Virus record (IMG/VR): IMGVR_UViG_3300005512_002955
Location: 1-63,932 of that record
From: a virus
Taxonomy: Duplodnaviria > Caudoviricetes
Reading direction: 5' to 3' (one strand)
Length of the DNA: 63,932 bases
Positions 48,134 to 57,109 of the stretch are shown here, piece by piece. A program made the translations under genes and the position numbers. Position 1 is the stretch's first letter. Every line of letters starts with the position of its first letter. The notes beneath the pieces are model-generated. The model searched no databases. It saw only the letters and a program-made list of their open reading frames with translations, and was not told the origin of the DNA.

Positions 48134-50809
48134 TTGAGTTACGTCGATGCATACTTTGACAGAGATTCTGATATTATCAGAGTAGTGGAACGCCAAGATG
48201 GGCAAAGACACTACACAGAATATCCCGTAAAATACACATTCTATTATGAAGATCCAAGAGGCAAATACAAAAGTGTCTATGGTGATCCTCTTACAAGAGT
48301 TGTTTGCAAGCATACCAAAGACTTTCGCAAAGAATTAGCAATAAACAAAAACAAAAAACTATTTGAAAGTGATATCAATCCTATCTTTCAATGTCTTTCA
48401 GAAAACTATTTGAATCAAGATGCACCTAAACTAAATGTTGCGTTTTTCGATATTGAGACAGACTTTGATCCAGAGCGTGGCTTTGCTGATCCAAGTGATC
48501 CATTCATGCCAATTACTGCTATCACTGTGCATTTACAATGGATGGACGCACTTATTACACTTGCACTTCCTCCGAAAACACTCTCAATGGAGCAGGCCAA
48601 AGAAGAAGTAAAAGAATGGGGTCAAGATGTTATCCTGTTTGACAACGAAGGCGATATGCTTCAAGCATTCCTTGATCTAATCGAAGACAGTGACATCTTA
48701 ACAGGTTGGAACAGTGAAGGTTATGATATTCCCTACACTGTAAATCGTGTAAGTCGTGTACTAAGCAAAGATGACACTAGACGTTTTTGTTTATGGAAAC
48801 AACTACCTAAAAAACGTGAGTATGAGAAGTATGGTAAACAAGCTGAAACCTATGACCTAATAGGCAGAGTGCATTTAGATAGTTTGGAATTATATCGTAA
48901 ATACACATATGAAGAAAGACATACTTACAGACTTGATGCCATTGGCGAAATGGAAGTTGGTGAAAAGAAAACTGTGTACGAAGGTACGCTCGATCAACTT
49001 TATAACAATGACTTCAGAACGTTCATTGAGTACAACAGACAAGACGTTGCACTACTGGACAAGTTGGACAAAAAACTAAGATTTATTGATCTTAGTAACG
49101 AACTTGCACACGCAAATACTGTTTTGCTACAGACCACAATGGGTGCTGTTGCAGTTACAGAACAAGCAATCATCAACGAAGCACATCACAGAGGACTACA
49201 AGTTCCTAATCGTCCTAAACGTGACGATGAAAACACAGCGGCCGCAGGTGCGTATGTTGCATTTCCAAAAGTAGGGGTACACAAATGGATTGGTTCAATG
49301 GACTTGAACAGTCTATACCCAAGTGTTATTCGTGCTTTAAATATGGCTCCAGAAACGATTGTAGGACAACTGCGTCCAGAGATAACAGAAGCTCGTGTTC
49401 ATGAAGACATGAATCTTAAAAAGAAATCATTCGCAGGGTCATGGGAAGGACGCTTTGGCACAGAAGAATATGAAGCAGTTATGGCCTGTAGAAAAGATGT
49501 AGCATTAACTATTGACTGGGAAAACGGCAAGTCAGACACTATGAGTGCTGCAGAGATTTACAAATTAATTTTTGACAGTCATACTCCTTGGATGTTGAGT
49601 TCAAATGGCACAATCTTTACACATGAATTTGAAGGAGTTATTCCAGGTATTCTTAAACGCTGGTATGCAGAACGTAAAGAACTACAAGCACAACTTAAAA
49701 AAGCAAAAGAAGCAGGTAATGATATTGAAGTAGCATTCTGGGACAAGCGACAGTTGGTTAAGAAGATTAACTTGAACAGTTTGTATGGTGCTATTCTAAA
49801 TCCAGGTTGTAGATTCTTTGATAAACGCATCGGACAATCAACTACGCTGAGTGGTAGAACTATTGTTAAACACATGAGTGCCGAAGTAAACAAGGTTATT
49901 ACAGGCGAGTATGATCACGTAGGTAAAGCAGTTATCTATGGAGATACAGACTCGGTGTATTTTAGTGCATATCCTATTCTTGAAGAACAAATTAAAGCAG
50001 GACAAATACCTTGGACTAAAGAAAATGTTATCACACTGTATGATCAAGTAGCAGAAGAAGCCAATACTACATTTGAAAAGTTTATGGCTAAAGCATTTCA
50101 CTGTCCAAAGAGCCGTGCAGAAGTTATTGCCGCAGGTAGAGAAATTGTTGCAGAAAGCGGATTATATATTACTAAAAAACGCTATGCAGCTCTTGTGTAT
50201 GATATTGAAGGTTTCCGTACAGACGCAGATGGCCCTGGCAAAGTAAAAGCAATGGGATTGGACTTGAGACGTTCAGATACTCCTGTGTTTATGCAAGAAT
50301 TTCTAAGTGAAATTCTACTAATGGTGCTTAAAGGTCAAGAAGAAAAAGATATACTTGAACGTATTACAGATTTTAGACGTGAATTCAAAGAACGTCCAGG
50401 TTGGGAGAAAGGTTCGCCTAAACGTGCAAACAAAATTGGACACTATCAGCGTCTTGAACAGAAACAAGGCAAAGCAAATATGCCTGGACACGTAAGAGCA
50501 AGCATCAACTGGAACACACTGAAACGTATGAACGGTGACAAGTACTCGCAAGAGATTGTAGACGGTATGAAAGTTATTGTTTGCAAACTTAAACAGAATC
50601 CATTAGGGTATACAAGTGTTGCGTATCCTACGGATGAATTGCGTTTGCCAGATTGGTTTAAAGAACTGCCGTTTGACGGTGATGCTATGGAATCAACTAT
50701 TATTGACAACAAACTTGATAACTTGATTGGTGTGTTGAAATATGATCTTGAAGATACAAAACAACATAACACATTCAATAGTTTGTTTGATTTTGGAGAT
50801 GAAGAATAA
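48134..50809 (+). CDS. polB: family B DNA polymerase (T4 gp43-like)
   Basis: ExoI FDIETD, motif A DLNSLYPS, motif B KINLNSLYG, motif C YGDTDS, KKRYA. Confidence 0.97.
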   Translation: MSYVDAYFDRDSDIIRVVERQDGQRHYTEYPVKYTFYYEDPRGKYKSVYGDPLTRVVCKHTKDFRKELAINKNKKLFESDINPIFQCLSENYLNQDAPKLNVAFFDIETDFDPERGFADPSDPFMPITAITVHLQWMDALITLALPPKTLSMEQAKEEVKEWGQDVILFDNEGDMLQAFLDLIEDSDILTGWNSEGYDIPYTVNRVSRVLSKDDTRRFCLWKQLPKKREYEKYGKQAETYDLIGRVHLDSLELYRKYTYEERHTYRLDAIGEMEVGEKKTVYEGTLDQLYNNDFRTFIEYNRQDVALLDKLDKKLRFIDLSNELAHANTVLLQTTMGAVAVTEQAIINEAHHRGLQVPNRPKRDDENTAAAGAYVAFPKVGVHKWIGSMDLNSLYPSVIRALNMAPETIVGQLRPEITEARVHEDMNLKKKSFAGSWEGRFGTEEYEAVMACRKDVALTIDWENGKSDTMSAAEIYKLIFDSHTPWMLSSNGTIFTHEFEGVIPGILKRWYAERKELQAQLKKAKEAGNDIEVAFWDKRQLVKKINLNSLYGAILNPGCRFFDKRIGQSTTLSGRTIVKHMSAEVNKVITGEYDHVGKAVIYGDTDSVYFSAYPILEEQIKAGQIPWTKENVITLYDQVAEEANTTFEKFMAKAFHCPKSRAEVIAAGREIVAESGLYITKKRYAALVYDIEGFRTDADGPGKVKAMGLDLRRSDTPVFMQEFLSEILLMVLKGQEEKDILERITDFRREFKERPGWEKGSPKRANKIGHYQRLEQKQGKANMPGHVRASINWNTLKRMNGDKYSQEIVDGMKVIVCKLKQNPLGYTSVAYPTDELRLPDWFKELPFDGDAMESTIIDNKLDNLIGVLKYDLEDTKQHNTFNSLFDFGDEE

Positions 50810-51525
50810 TGAATCATTTTTTGTTTGACGTAGACGGAACACTAACACCTAGTAGAAAAAAAATAAACCCCCAATTTGCAATTTGGTTTTTATACTTTGC
50901 ACAAAATAATCCTGTGAGCTTAGTAACAGGTAGTGACAACCCAAAAACTTTAGAACAAATTGGGCCTGAAATTTGTATGAGTGTTAATAAAATTTATAAT
51001 TGTAACGGTAATGACATTTGGCAAAAACAAAAAAACATTTATACAAATCCATGGAAAATTAGCAAAGAATTACGCAAATTTCTTGAGGATGAACTTGAAT
51101 CAAGCGAATATAAAACAAGAACTGGTAAACACATAGAAGAACGTCCCGGGATGGTTAATTTTAGTATAGTAGGACGTAATGCAGATAAGGTTCAACGTAA
51201 AGATTATTTTTATTATGATATAGAGAGTGATGAAAGAATACATATAGCAGAAAGAATAAACAAAGCATTTCCTGAAGTAAGTGCTGTAGTTGGAGGAGAA
51301 ACTGGCATTGACATTATTTCAAAAGGTAAAGATAAACGTCAGGTATTAGACGATATAAAAGAAAACAGAATCTTTTTCTTTGGTGACAGAATGGATCCAG
51401 ACGGTAATGATTTTAGTTTAGCATATGCAGTGAAAGAAGCAGGCGGCGTTGCTAAACAAGTGAAAAGTTGGCGAGACACTAAAGAAATACTAGAAAACTT
51501 TAGGCAAAGAGGAATAGCAAAATGA
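50809..51525 (+). CDS. HAD-IIB phosphomannomutase-like protein
   Basis: FDVDGTLTPSR, VTGSD, IEERPGMVNFSIVGR, FFGD...DGND. Confidence 0.8.
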   Translation: MNHFLFDVDGTLTPSRKKINPQFAIWFLYFAQNNPVSLVTGSDNPKTLEQIGPEICMSVNKIYNCNGNDIWQKQKNIYTNPWKISKELRKFLEDELESSEYKTRTGKHIEERPGMVNFSIVGRNADKVQRKDYFYYDIESDERIHIAERINKAFPEVSAVVGGETGIDIISKGKDKRQVLDDIKENRIFFFGDRMDPDGNDFSLAYAVKEAGGVAKQVKSWRDTKEILENFRQRGIAK

Positions 51526-51932
51526 AAGTTGGATTTACTTGTTCAACATTTGATTTACTACATGCAGGACATGTTCAAATGTTACGTGATGCAAAAGATC
51601 AATGTGATTATTTAATTATTGGACTACAATTTGATCCAAGCATAGATAGAAAAGAAAAGAATTCGCCTATACAAACTATAGTGGAACGTTATACGCAACT
51701 AAAAGCAGTAAGTTATGTAGATGAAATTATACCTTACAGCACCGAATCAGATTTAGAGGATATTCTTAGTATGTACAATATTCATGTAAGAATATTAGGC
51801 GAAGAATACCGTGACAAAGATTTTACTGGCCGAGATATATGTCGTAAAAGAGATATAGATATTCATTTTAATAAAAGGGATCACAGATTTAGTTCTAGTG
51901 ATTTAAGAAAAAGAGTAGTTGAGAAAAAATGA
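51522..51932 (+). CDS. TagD-like cytidylyltransferase
   Basis: TFDLLHAGH (HxGH), YVDEI, FSSSDLR. Confidence 0.88.
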   Translation: MKVGFTCSTFDLLHAGHVQMLRDAKDQCDYLIIGLQFDPSIDRKEKNSPIQTIVERYTQLKAVSYVDEIIPYSTESDLEDILSMYNIHVRILGEEYRDKDFTGRDICRKRDIDIHFNKRDHRFSSSDLRKRVVEKK

Positions 51933-52669
51933 TTATAGGGATAGCAGGATATGGTTATGTAGGACAAGCCCAGGAATTGTTACTACAAGAATATCACGAT
52001 ATAATAATAAGTGATCCCGCAAAGAAACAATACGGGGATCTTAAACACGCAGATGCAATAATCGTTTGTGTGAGTACACCTCCTAAAGAATATGGTGAGT
52101 GTGATATTTCAAATATACTTGATGTATTAGAATCATCACCAGATGTTCCTATTCTGATAAAAAGCACAATCTCTGTAGAAGGTTGGCACAAAATTGCAAA
52201 TATAAATCTTAATATAACATACTCGCCAGAATTCCTTAGAGAAAAATATTGGCAGGAGGACTGTGTGAATAACAAAGATTTTTACTTTGGCGGTAATGGT
52301 ACAAACTTTTGGAGTGACATTTATAGACTTGCTCTAGGTAATATAAACATAAGTATTTTTGATCCTCAAGAATTAGTTGCCGCAAAGGCATTACGAAATA
52401 GTTTTCTAGCATTAAAGGTTAGTTTCTTTAATCAAGTCTTTGACTATTGCCAAGATCAAAATATTGATTTTGAAAAAGTTCGCACTGTAATAACAGATGA
52501 TGATAGAATAGGATCCAGCCATTCAGCAGTAACAGAAAAAAGAGGTTATGGTGGACATTGTTTTCCTAAAGATGTAATAGCGACAGTTAGATCAGCGCAA
52601 AGTTCTGGAGCAAGATTAACAATCCTTGAAGAAGCAGCAAATTACAATAATACAGTTAGGAAAGAATAA
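51929..52669 (+). CDS. UDP-glucose/GDP-mannose dehydrogenase family protein (short form)
   Basis: GIAGYGYVG, CVSTP, IKST, SPEFLRE, GYGGHCFPKD. Confidence 0.88.
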   Translation: MIIGIAGYGYVGQAQELLLQEYHDIIISDPAKKQYGDLKHADAIIVCVSTPPKEYGECDISNILDVLESSPDVPILIKSTISVEGWHKIANINLNITYSPEFLREKYWQEDCVNNKDFYFGGNGTNFWSDIYRLALGNINISIFDPQELVAAKALRNSFLALKVSFFNQVFDYCQDQNIDFEKVRTVITDDDRIGSSHSAVTEKRGYGGHCFPKDVIATVRSAQSSGARLTILEEAANYNNTVRKE

Positions 52670-53445
52670 TGCATGTACTACTAACAGGACACAAAGGATT
52701 TATAGGAAGCCATTTGCTAACAAGATTAAGAAAAAATCACAGTATAGTAGGTATTGATCTAGAAGATGGATGGGATCGAGATAAACTAAACAACAGCCAA
52801 GATTTGCTAACATGTGATCTTAAAGAAGAATTTGATTTAATAATACACTTGGCCGGAAAAAGTGGTGTAAGAGAAAGCATAAAAGATCCTGCAGGCTACT
52901 GGCGTAATAATGTAGAAGTAAGTAAGAGACTATTCGAACGGTATCCTAACACAAGAATACTTTATGCAAGTTCAAGTAGTGCATATGAACCACATCTTAA
53001 CCCTTATGCGGCAAGCAAATATATTGTAGAAGAAGCTGCCGCATGTTATCCTAATACACTAGGAATGAGATTCCACACAGTATACAGTGACAATCCAAGA
53101 TCCAACATGTTCCTTGCTAAATTCTTTAACGGGCAACTTGAATACGTTACAAATCATTATAGAGATTTTATACACATAGAAGATTTATGCGATGCAATAG
53201 AACTTCTCATGCAAAGTAAGTATACAGATACTGTAGATATAGGCACAGGCGTTCCATTTAGAGTCCGTGATTTTGCACCAGACTTGCCCATTCGTCTAAA
53301 TACCCCACATGAGCGTGAATGGACATGTGCAAACATGGAAAAATTAAAGTTTTTAGGCTTCAAACCTAAATATAGTATTGAAAAATACTTGACAAAACCC
53401 AAGCAAGACAATATAATAAACTTAACTATAGGAGAACACGAATGA
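52669..53445 (+). CDS. NAD-dependent nucleotide-sugar epimerase/dehydratase
   Basis: TGHKGFIGS, IHLAG, ASSSS, PYAASK (YxxxK), RDFIHIED. Confidence 0.9.
   Translation: MHVLLTGHKGFIGSHLLTRLRKNHSIVGIDLEDGWDRDKLNNSQDLLTCDLKEEFDLIIHLAGKSGVRESIKDPAGYWRNNVEVSKRLFERYPNTRILYASSSSAYEPHLNPYAASKYIVEEAAACYPNTLGMRFHTVYSDNPRSNMFLAKFFNGQLEYVTNHYRDFIHIEDLCDAIELLMQSKYTDTVDIGTGVPFRVRDFAPDLPIRLNTPHEREWTCANMEKLKFLGFKPKYSIEKYLTKPKQDNIINLTIGEHE
53389..53417 (+). promoter_or_regulatory. consensus sigma70 promoter inside the epimerase 3' end
   Basis: TTGACA(53389-53394)-N17-TATAAT(53412-53417); AGGAG SD before 53442. Confidence 0.8.
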
Positions 53446-54164
53446 AAGATATCTTACAAGACGTAGTCGCACACACACATGCACTGGGCTTTCTCAGCCT
53501 TGTTAAAGTCACTGGCGAAGACACTACAACAATTGAATCAATGGCAGAGGATCGCTCTGTAATTTTAACAGCAACCACACAATCAAAAGTTGCAGATGGT
53601 ACATTTGGTATGCCTAACTTAGACAAGTTGGCATTGCATTTGAAAAACCCAGAATATCAAAAGGATGCAAAAATTGATGTTGTCAATCAAGAACGTAATG
53701 GTGAAAGTATTCCAACACACATTCACTTTGAAAACGCAACAGGTGATTTCCAAAATGACTATCGCTTTATGAACAAACAGATTATTGAAGAAAAACTAAA
53801 AAGCGTAAAATTCAAAGGCGCAAGTTGGGACGTTTCATTTTCGCCAAGCGTGGCCGCAATTGGTCGTATGAAACTACAGAGTGCGGCGCACTCAGAAGAG
53901 CCTACATTTAATGTAAAAACTGAAAATGGTGATCTTGTGTTTAGTTTCGGTGATGCAAGCACACACGCAGGTTCGTTTGTATTCGAAGCAGGCATTGAAG
54001 GTTCGCTGAAACATACTTGGGCTTGGCCAGTAGCACAAACGCAGGCTATTCTAAGTCTTGATGGTGATATTAAAATGAGCATTTCAGATCAAGGTGCAAT
54101 GCAAATTACAGTAGATTCAGGTATGGCTGAATACAATTATATCCTTCCAGCACAGAGCAAATAG
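53442..54164 (+). CDS. putative DNA polymerase sliding clamp (gp45-like)
   Basis: 240 aa, alternating beta-rich pattern ending YNYIL; clamp loader and PolB present; no diagnostic motif. Confidence 0.5.
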   Translation: MKDILQDVVAHTHALGFLSLVKVTGEDTTTIESMAEDRSVILTATTQSKVADGTFGMPNLDKLALHLKNPEYQKDAKIDVVNQERNGESIPTHIHFENATGDFQNDYRFMNKQIIEEKLKSVKFKGASWDVSFSPSVAAIGRMKLQSAAHSEEPTFNVKTENGDLVFSFGDASTHAGSFVFEAGIEGSLKHTWAWPVAQTQAILSLDGDIKMSISDQGAMQITVDSGMAEYNYILPAQSK

Positions 54165-54165
54165 T

Positions 54166-55626
54166 ATGAACAGTGATCTAACAGCATCACAAAAAGATTA
54201 TGCAATATTCTTGCCCGCACTAAGTGGCTTTTATGCTACATTTGTAGGCAAGCAACGCAGAGAAGAATACGTTGATTATAATCGTGTTCCTAAACATTGG
54301 ACCAACGGTGTTGAAAGTGGCAACTGGCTCAACAGAGACAAGAGCTTATTTAAATATCAATGGAGTTTATATTCAGCAGGACATGCTGAACTTGACATTA
54401 ACAAAGACTCAGCCAAAGAAGACATGATTCGAGATAGAAATCGAGAAACTAGTTGGTTGTTGGGTGACTCAGGAGGATTCCAGATTGGTAAAGGTGTTTG
54501 GGAAGGAGATTGGAAAGATCCTAACTGTCCTAAAGCAATGAAAAAACGCACACAAGTTTTAAGTTGGATGGACGCTTATATGGACTATGGGATGATACTT
54601 GATATTCCTGCTTGGGTATCACGTTCACCTGCTGGGCAGAAAGCAACAGGTATCAACAATTATCAAGATGCTGTTAATGCTACACGTATCAACAACGATT
54701 ATTTTATGAAAAATCGCAGTGGTGCTTGTAAATTCCTTAATGTTCTCCAAGGAGAAAATCATGCTGACGCAGAAGATTGGTATCAGCAGATGAAGGATTA
54801 CTGCGATCCTAAGAAATATCCCGACACACACTTTAATGGTTGGTCAATGGGTGGACAAAATATGTGTGATGTTCATCTTGTGCTAAAAAGGTTAGTAGCA
54901 CTGCGTTTTGATGGATTGCTCGAAAAAGGCATACATGACTTTATGCACTTCTTAGGTACTTCAAAACTTGAATGGGCTACTCTACTAACAGATATACAAC
55001 GTGCCGTAAGGAAATATCACAATGAAAACTTTACTATCACATTTGATTGTGCTTCGCCTTTCCTCGCAACCGCTAATGGACAGATCTACTGTGAACTTGA
55101 AACTCAAGACAGAACTAAGTGGGTGTATCGAATGGTTCCAAGTATCGATGACAAGGCATTATCAACAGACACAACACCGTTTGGACAGGCTTTTGTAAGA
55201 GAAGGCAAACATGGTAGTTTCAAAGATTCACCTATCACTACAGGATTACAAGCCAAAGATGTTTGCATTTATGGTCCAGGTGATCTAAATAAAATAGGCA
55301 AAGAAGGCAAAACTAGTTGGGATAGTTTTTCATACGCCATACAAATGGCACATAATGTTTGGAGTCACATAGATGCAGTACAAGAAGCAAACAGGCAATA
55401 CGACAACGGAACTTATCCGGCGATGCTTGTGGACGAGTCCTTTGACCGGTTATTTTTTAGAGATGTTGTTGAAGCAATATTCGCAACAGACAGCAGAGAC
55501 GAAGCGAACGCTGTAATCGAAGAGTTTTCAAGATTCTGGATGTCAATTATTGGCACTAGAGGAGCAACAGGAAAGAAAACAGTAAACGCAAGCACACAGT
55601 TTGCAAATTTATTCGAGGAGGTATAA
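54166..55626 (+). CDS. dpdA: TGT-fold 7-deazaguanine DNA transglycosylase (DpdA-like)
   Basis: GDSGGFQ, LDIP, NVLQG, GWSMGG, HFLG, FDCASP; lacks the CxCxxC zinc site of tRNA TGT; folE/queD/queE in window. Confidence 0.75.
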   Translation: MNSDLTASQKDYAIFLPALSGFYATFVGKQRREEYVDYNRVPKHWTNGVESGNWLNRDKSLFKYQWSLYSAGHAELDINKDSAKEDMIRDRNRETSWLLGDSGGFQIGKGVWEGDWKDPNCPKAMKKRTQVLSWMDAYMDYGMILDIPAWVSRSPAGQKATGINNYQDAVNATRINNDYFMKNRSGACKFLNVLQGENHADAEDWYQQMKDYCDPKKYPDTHFNGWSMGGQNMCDVHLVLKRLVALRFDGLLEKGIHDFMHFLGTSKLEWATLLTDIQRAVRKYHNENFTITFDCASPFLATANGQIYCELETQDRTKWVYRMVPSIDDKALSTDTTPFGQAFVREGKHGSFKDSPITTGLQAKDVCIYGPGDLNKIGKEGKTSWDSFSYAIQMAHNVWSHIDAVQEANRQYDNGTYPAMLVDESFDRLFFRDVVEAIFATDSRDEANAVIEEFSRFWMSIIGTRGATGKKTVNASTQFANLFEEV

Positions 55627-55832
55627 TGAGCAACTATCAATCAGCAATAGACAAATTAAAAAGTCGTATTGAATCTTTAGAAAGAAAACATAGATACTTA
55701 GACGAAAAGATACAAAAAGAGTTTGACAAATTCGCAGAAGATAGTAAACTTAAAGAACTTAAGATTGAAAAATTTAAGTTAAAAGATCAAATACATACTT
55801 TAAAATTAGAAATGGTAAGTTTAGAGGCATAG
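55626..55832 (+). CDS. YdcH/DUF465-like coiled-coil protein
   Basis: RIESLERKHRYLDEKI...LKELKIEKFKLKDQI. Confidence 0.7.
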   Translation: MSNYQSAIDKLKSRIESLERKHRYLDEKIQKEFDKFAEDSKLKELKIEKFKLKDQIHTLKLEMVSLEA

Positions 55833-55833
55833 T

Positions 55834-56370
55834 ATGAAGCGTGATTATGAAACAGGTATAGAAAGTAACGTTACTTTTTTCACAGGCGTTGAAGTTGAAA
55901 AAACTCCTGCTTACGGAATGGAAACACTGTTTATAGTAGGACTTGCTTCTCCTTCTGTTATTGATAAACATCTAGAAAATACAAATATTAAACATATTTT
56001 CTTTGGTGCAAATCACAGTTTCGATCCTGAAAAAGATCCGAATAGCAAATATGATTTTTATCGTGAATGGGAATCAATGATACTGCATTATCTAGGTCAA
56101 GGATATTTTTGTACACTTGACATTCCTTTAAGTGCTTGTGTTGATTTTCATGATGGAGCTCTTTGCGACTATGATAACTTTATTCCACAAATCCGTGTGC
56201 CAATTCCTTATGCTAAATTATGGAATTACAACACAATGGTGAAAATTGATGACAAAGATTTTCGTGCAACCAATCCAGGTGTGTGGTGCCACAGCCTACA
56301 CAATCTAATGGATCGTGATAAATTTACAAATTGGAACGAATATGGGCTTGACAAACCCATCGAAAGGTAG
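55834..56370 (+). CDS. conserved hypothetical protein in the dpd locus
   Basis: FFTGVEVE.TP, HIFFGANHSF, KIDD.DF.ATNPGVWCH. Confidence 0.8.
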   Translation: MKRDYETGIESNVTFFTGVEVEKTPAYGMETLFIVGLASPSVIDKHLENTNIKHIFFGANHSFDPEKDPNSKYDFYREWESMILHYLGQGYFCTLDIPLSACVDFHDGALCDYDNFIPQIRVPIPYAKLWNYNTMVKIDDKDFRATNPGVWCHSLHNLMDRDKFTNWNEYGLDKPIER

Positions 56371-56379
56371 TATATTATA

Positions 56380-56901
56380 ATGACACAAGAACGATACTAT
56401 GAAGGTATGTTGAGAATGATGCGTGAAGATGACAGAGCAAATTACATGCAAAACAAGGTAAATAGATCTATATGGGTGACTTTTCGTAAGGAGGGGATAC
56501 ACAAGTATCCAGCAGCATTAGATGATCCGAAATTGGCGACAGGTGATTGGGATGACGTTTCGTTTCTTGGTTATCCTCATCGTCATATTTTCCATTTCCG
56601 GGTGCGCATCGAAGTGTTCCACGACGATAGAGATATCGAATTCATCCAATTCAAACGCTGGCTCGAAAGACTCTACTCAGGACAATCAAACTCTACAGGA
56701 ACAGATAGTGAAGGAAGTACGGGAGCGAGCTCAACCGACTCTGAAGTGCTCTTTTTAGATTACAAATCGTGCGAGATGATCGCTGACGAATTGTATGCAA
56801 AGATTTCTGCAAAGTATCCAGGCCGCTTTGTAGAAATTGATGTTGCCGAAGATGGCGAAAATGGCTGTTCAATTTTTTACCCTAATCCTAAAAATGTATA
56901 A
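56380..56901 (+). CDS. dpdL: QueD-like T-fold protein, DpdL (candidate CDG decarboxylase)
   Basis: LGYPHRHIF matches the LxxxHRHxF signature; EGIH.YP, DRDIEFI, SCEMIA, VAEDGENG. Confidence 0.75.
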   Translation: MTQERYYEGMLRMMREDDRANYMQNKVNRSIWVTFRKEGIHKYPAALDDPKLATGDWDDVSFLGYPHRHIFHFRVRIEVFHDDRDIEFIQFKRWLERLYSGQSNSTGTDSEGSTGASSTDSEVLFLDYKSCEMIADELYAKISAKYPGRFVEIDVAEDGENGCSIFYPNPKNV

Positions 56902-56914
56902 GGAAGCTAATACA

Positions 56915-57109
56915 ATGACTATCGAATTCAATCGTGAAGCATACAACAAGGTATTTGACGATTTGGAGAAGTTTAAAGACTATTGCCGTTACGAAGCAAA
57001 ACCTTTTGATGAAAAAAGTCTTTATAAAAAAGGTGATAAAGTGTGGGAAGGTTATCTAGCTTTTCAGAGATATAAGAACAAGAAAAAGCGTAAGAGCAGA
57101 TTTCAATGA
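56915..57109 (+). CDS. hypothetical basic protein (start revised to 56915)
   Basis: AAGGA SD; VFDDLEKFKDYCR. Confidence 0.65.
   Translation: MTIEFNREAYNKVFDDLEKFKDYCRYEAKPFDEKSLYKKGDKVWEGYLAFQRYKNKKKRKSRFQ

Noticed and set aside
48134-50809. Intein or intron in DNA polymerase
   Set aside because: Length is typical for gp43-like PolB, motifs are contiguous, and no splice-junction or homing-endonuclease motifs were seen.
54166-55626. Ordinary tRNA-guanine transglycosylase (tgt) for queuosine
   Set aside because: Lacks the CxCxxC...H zinc site, is longer and divergent, and has no queA or queF nearby; the context favours a DNA-acting DpdA, though this is not proven.
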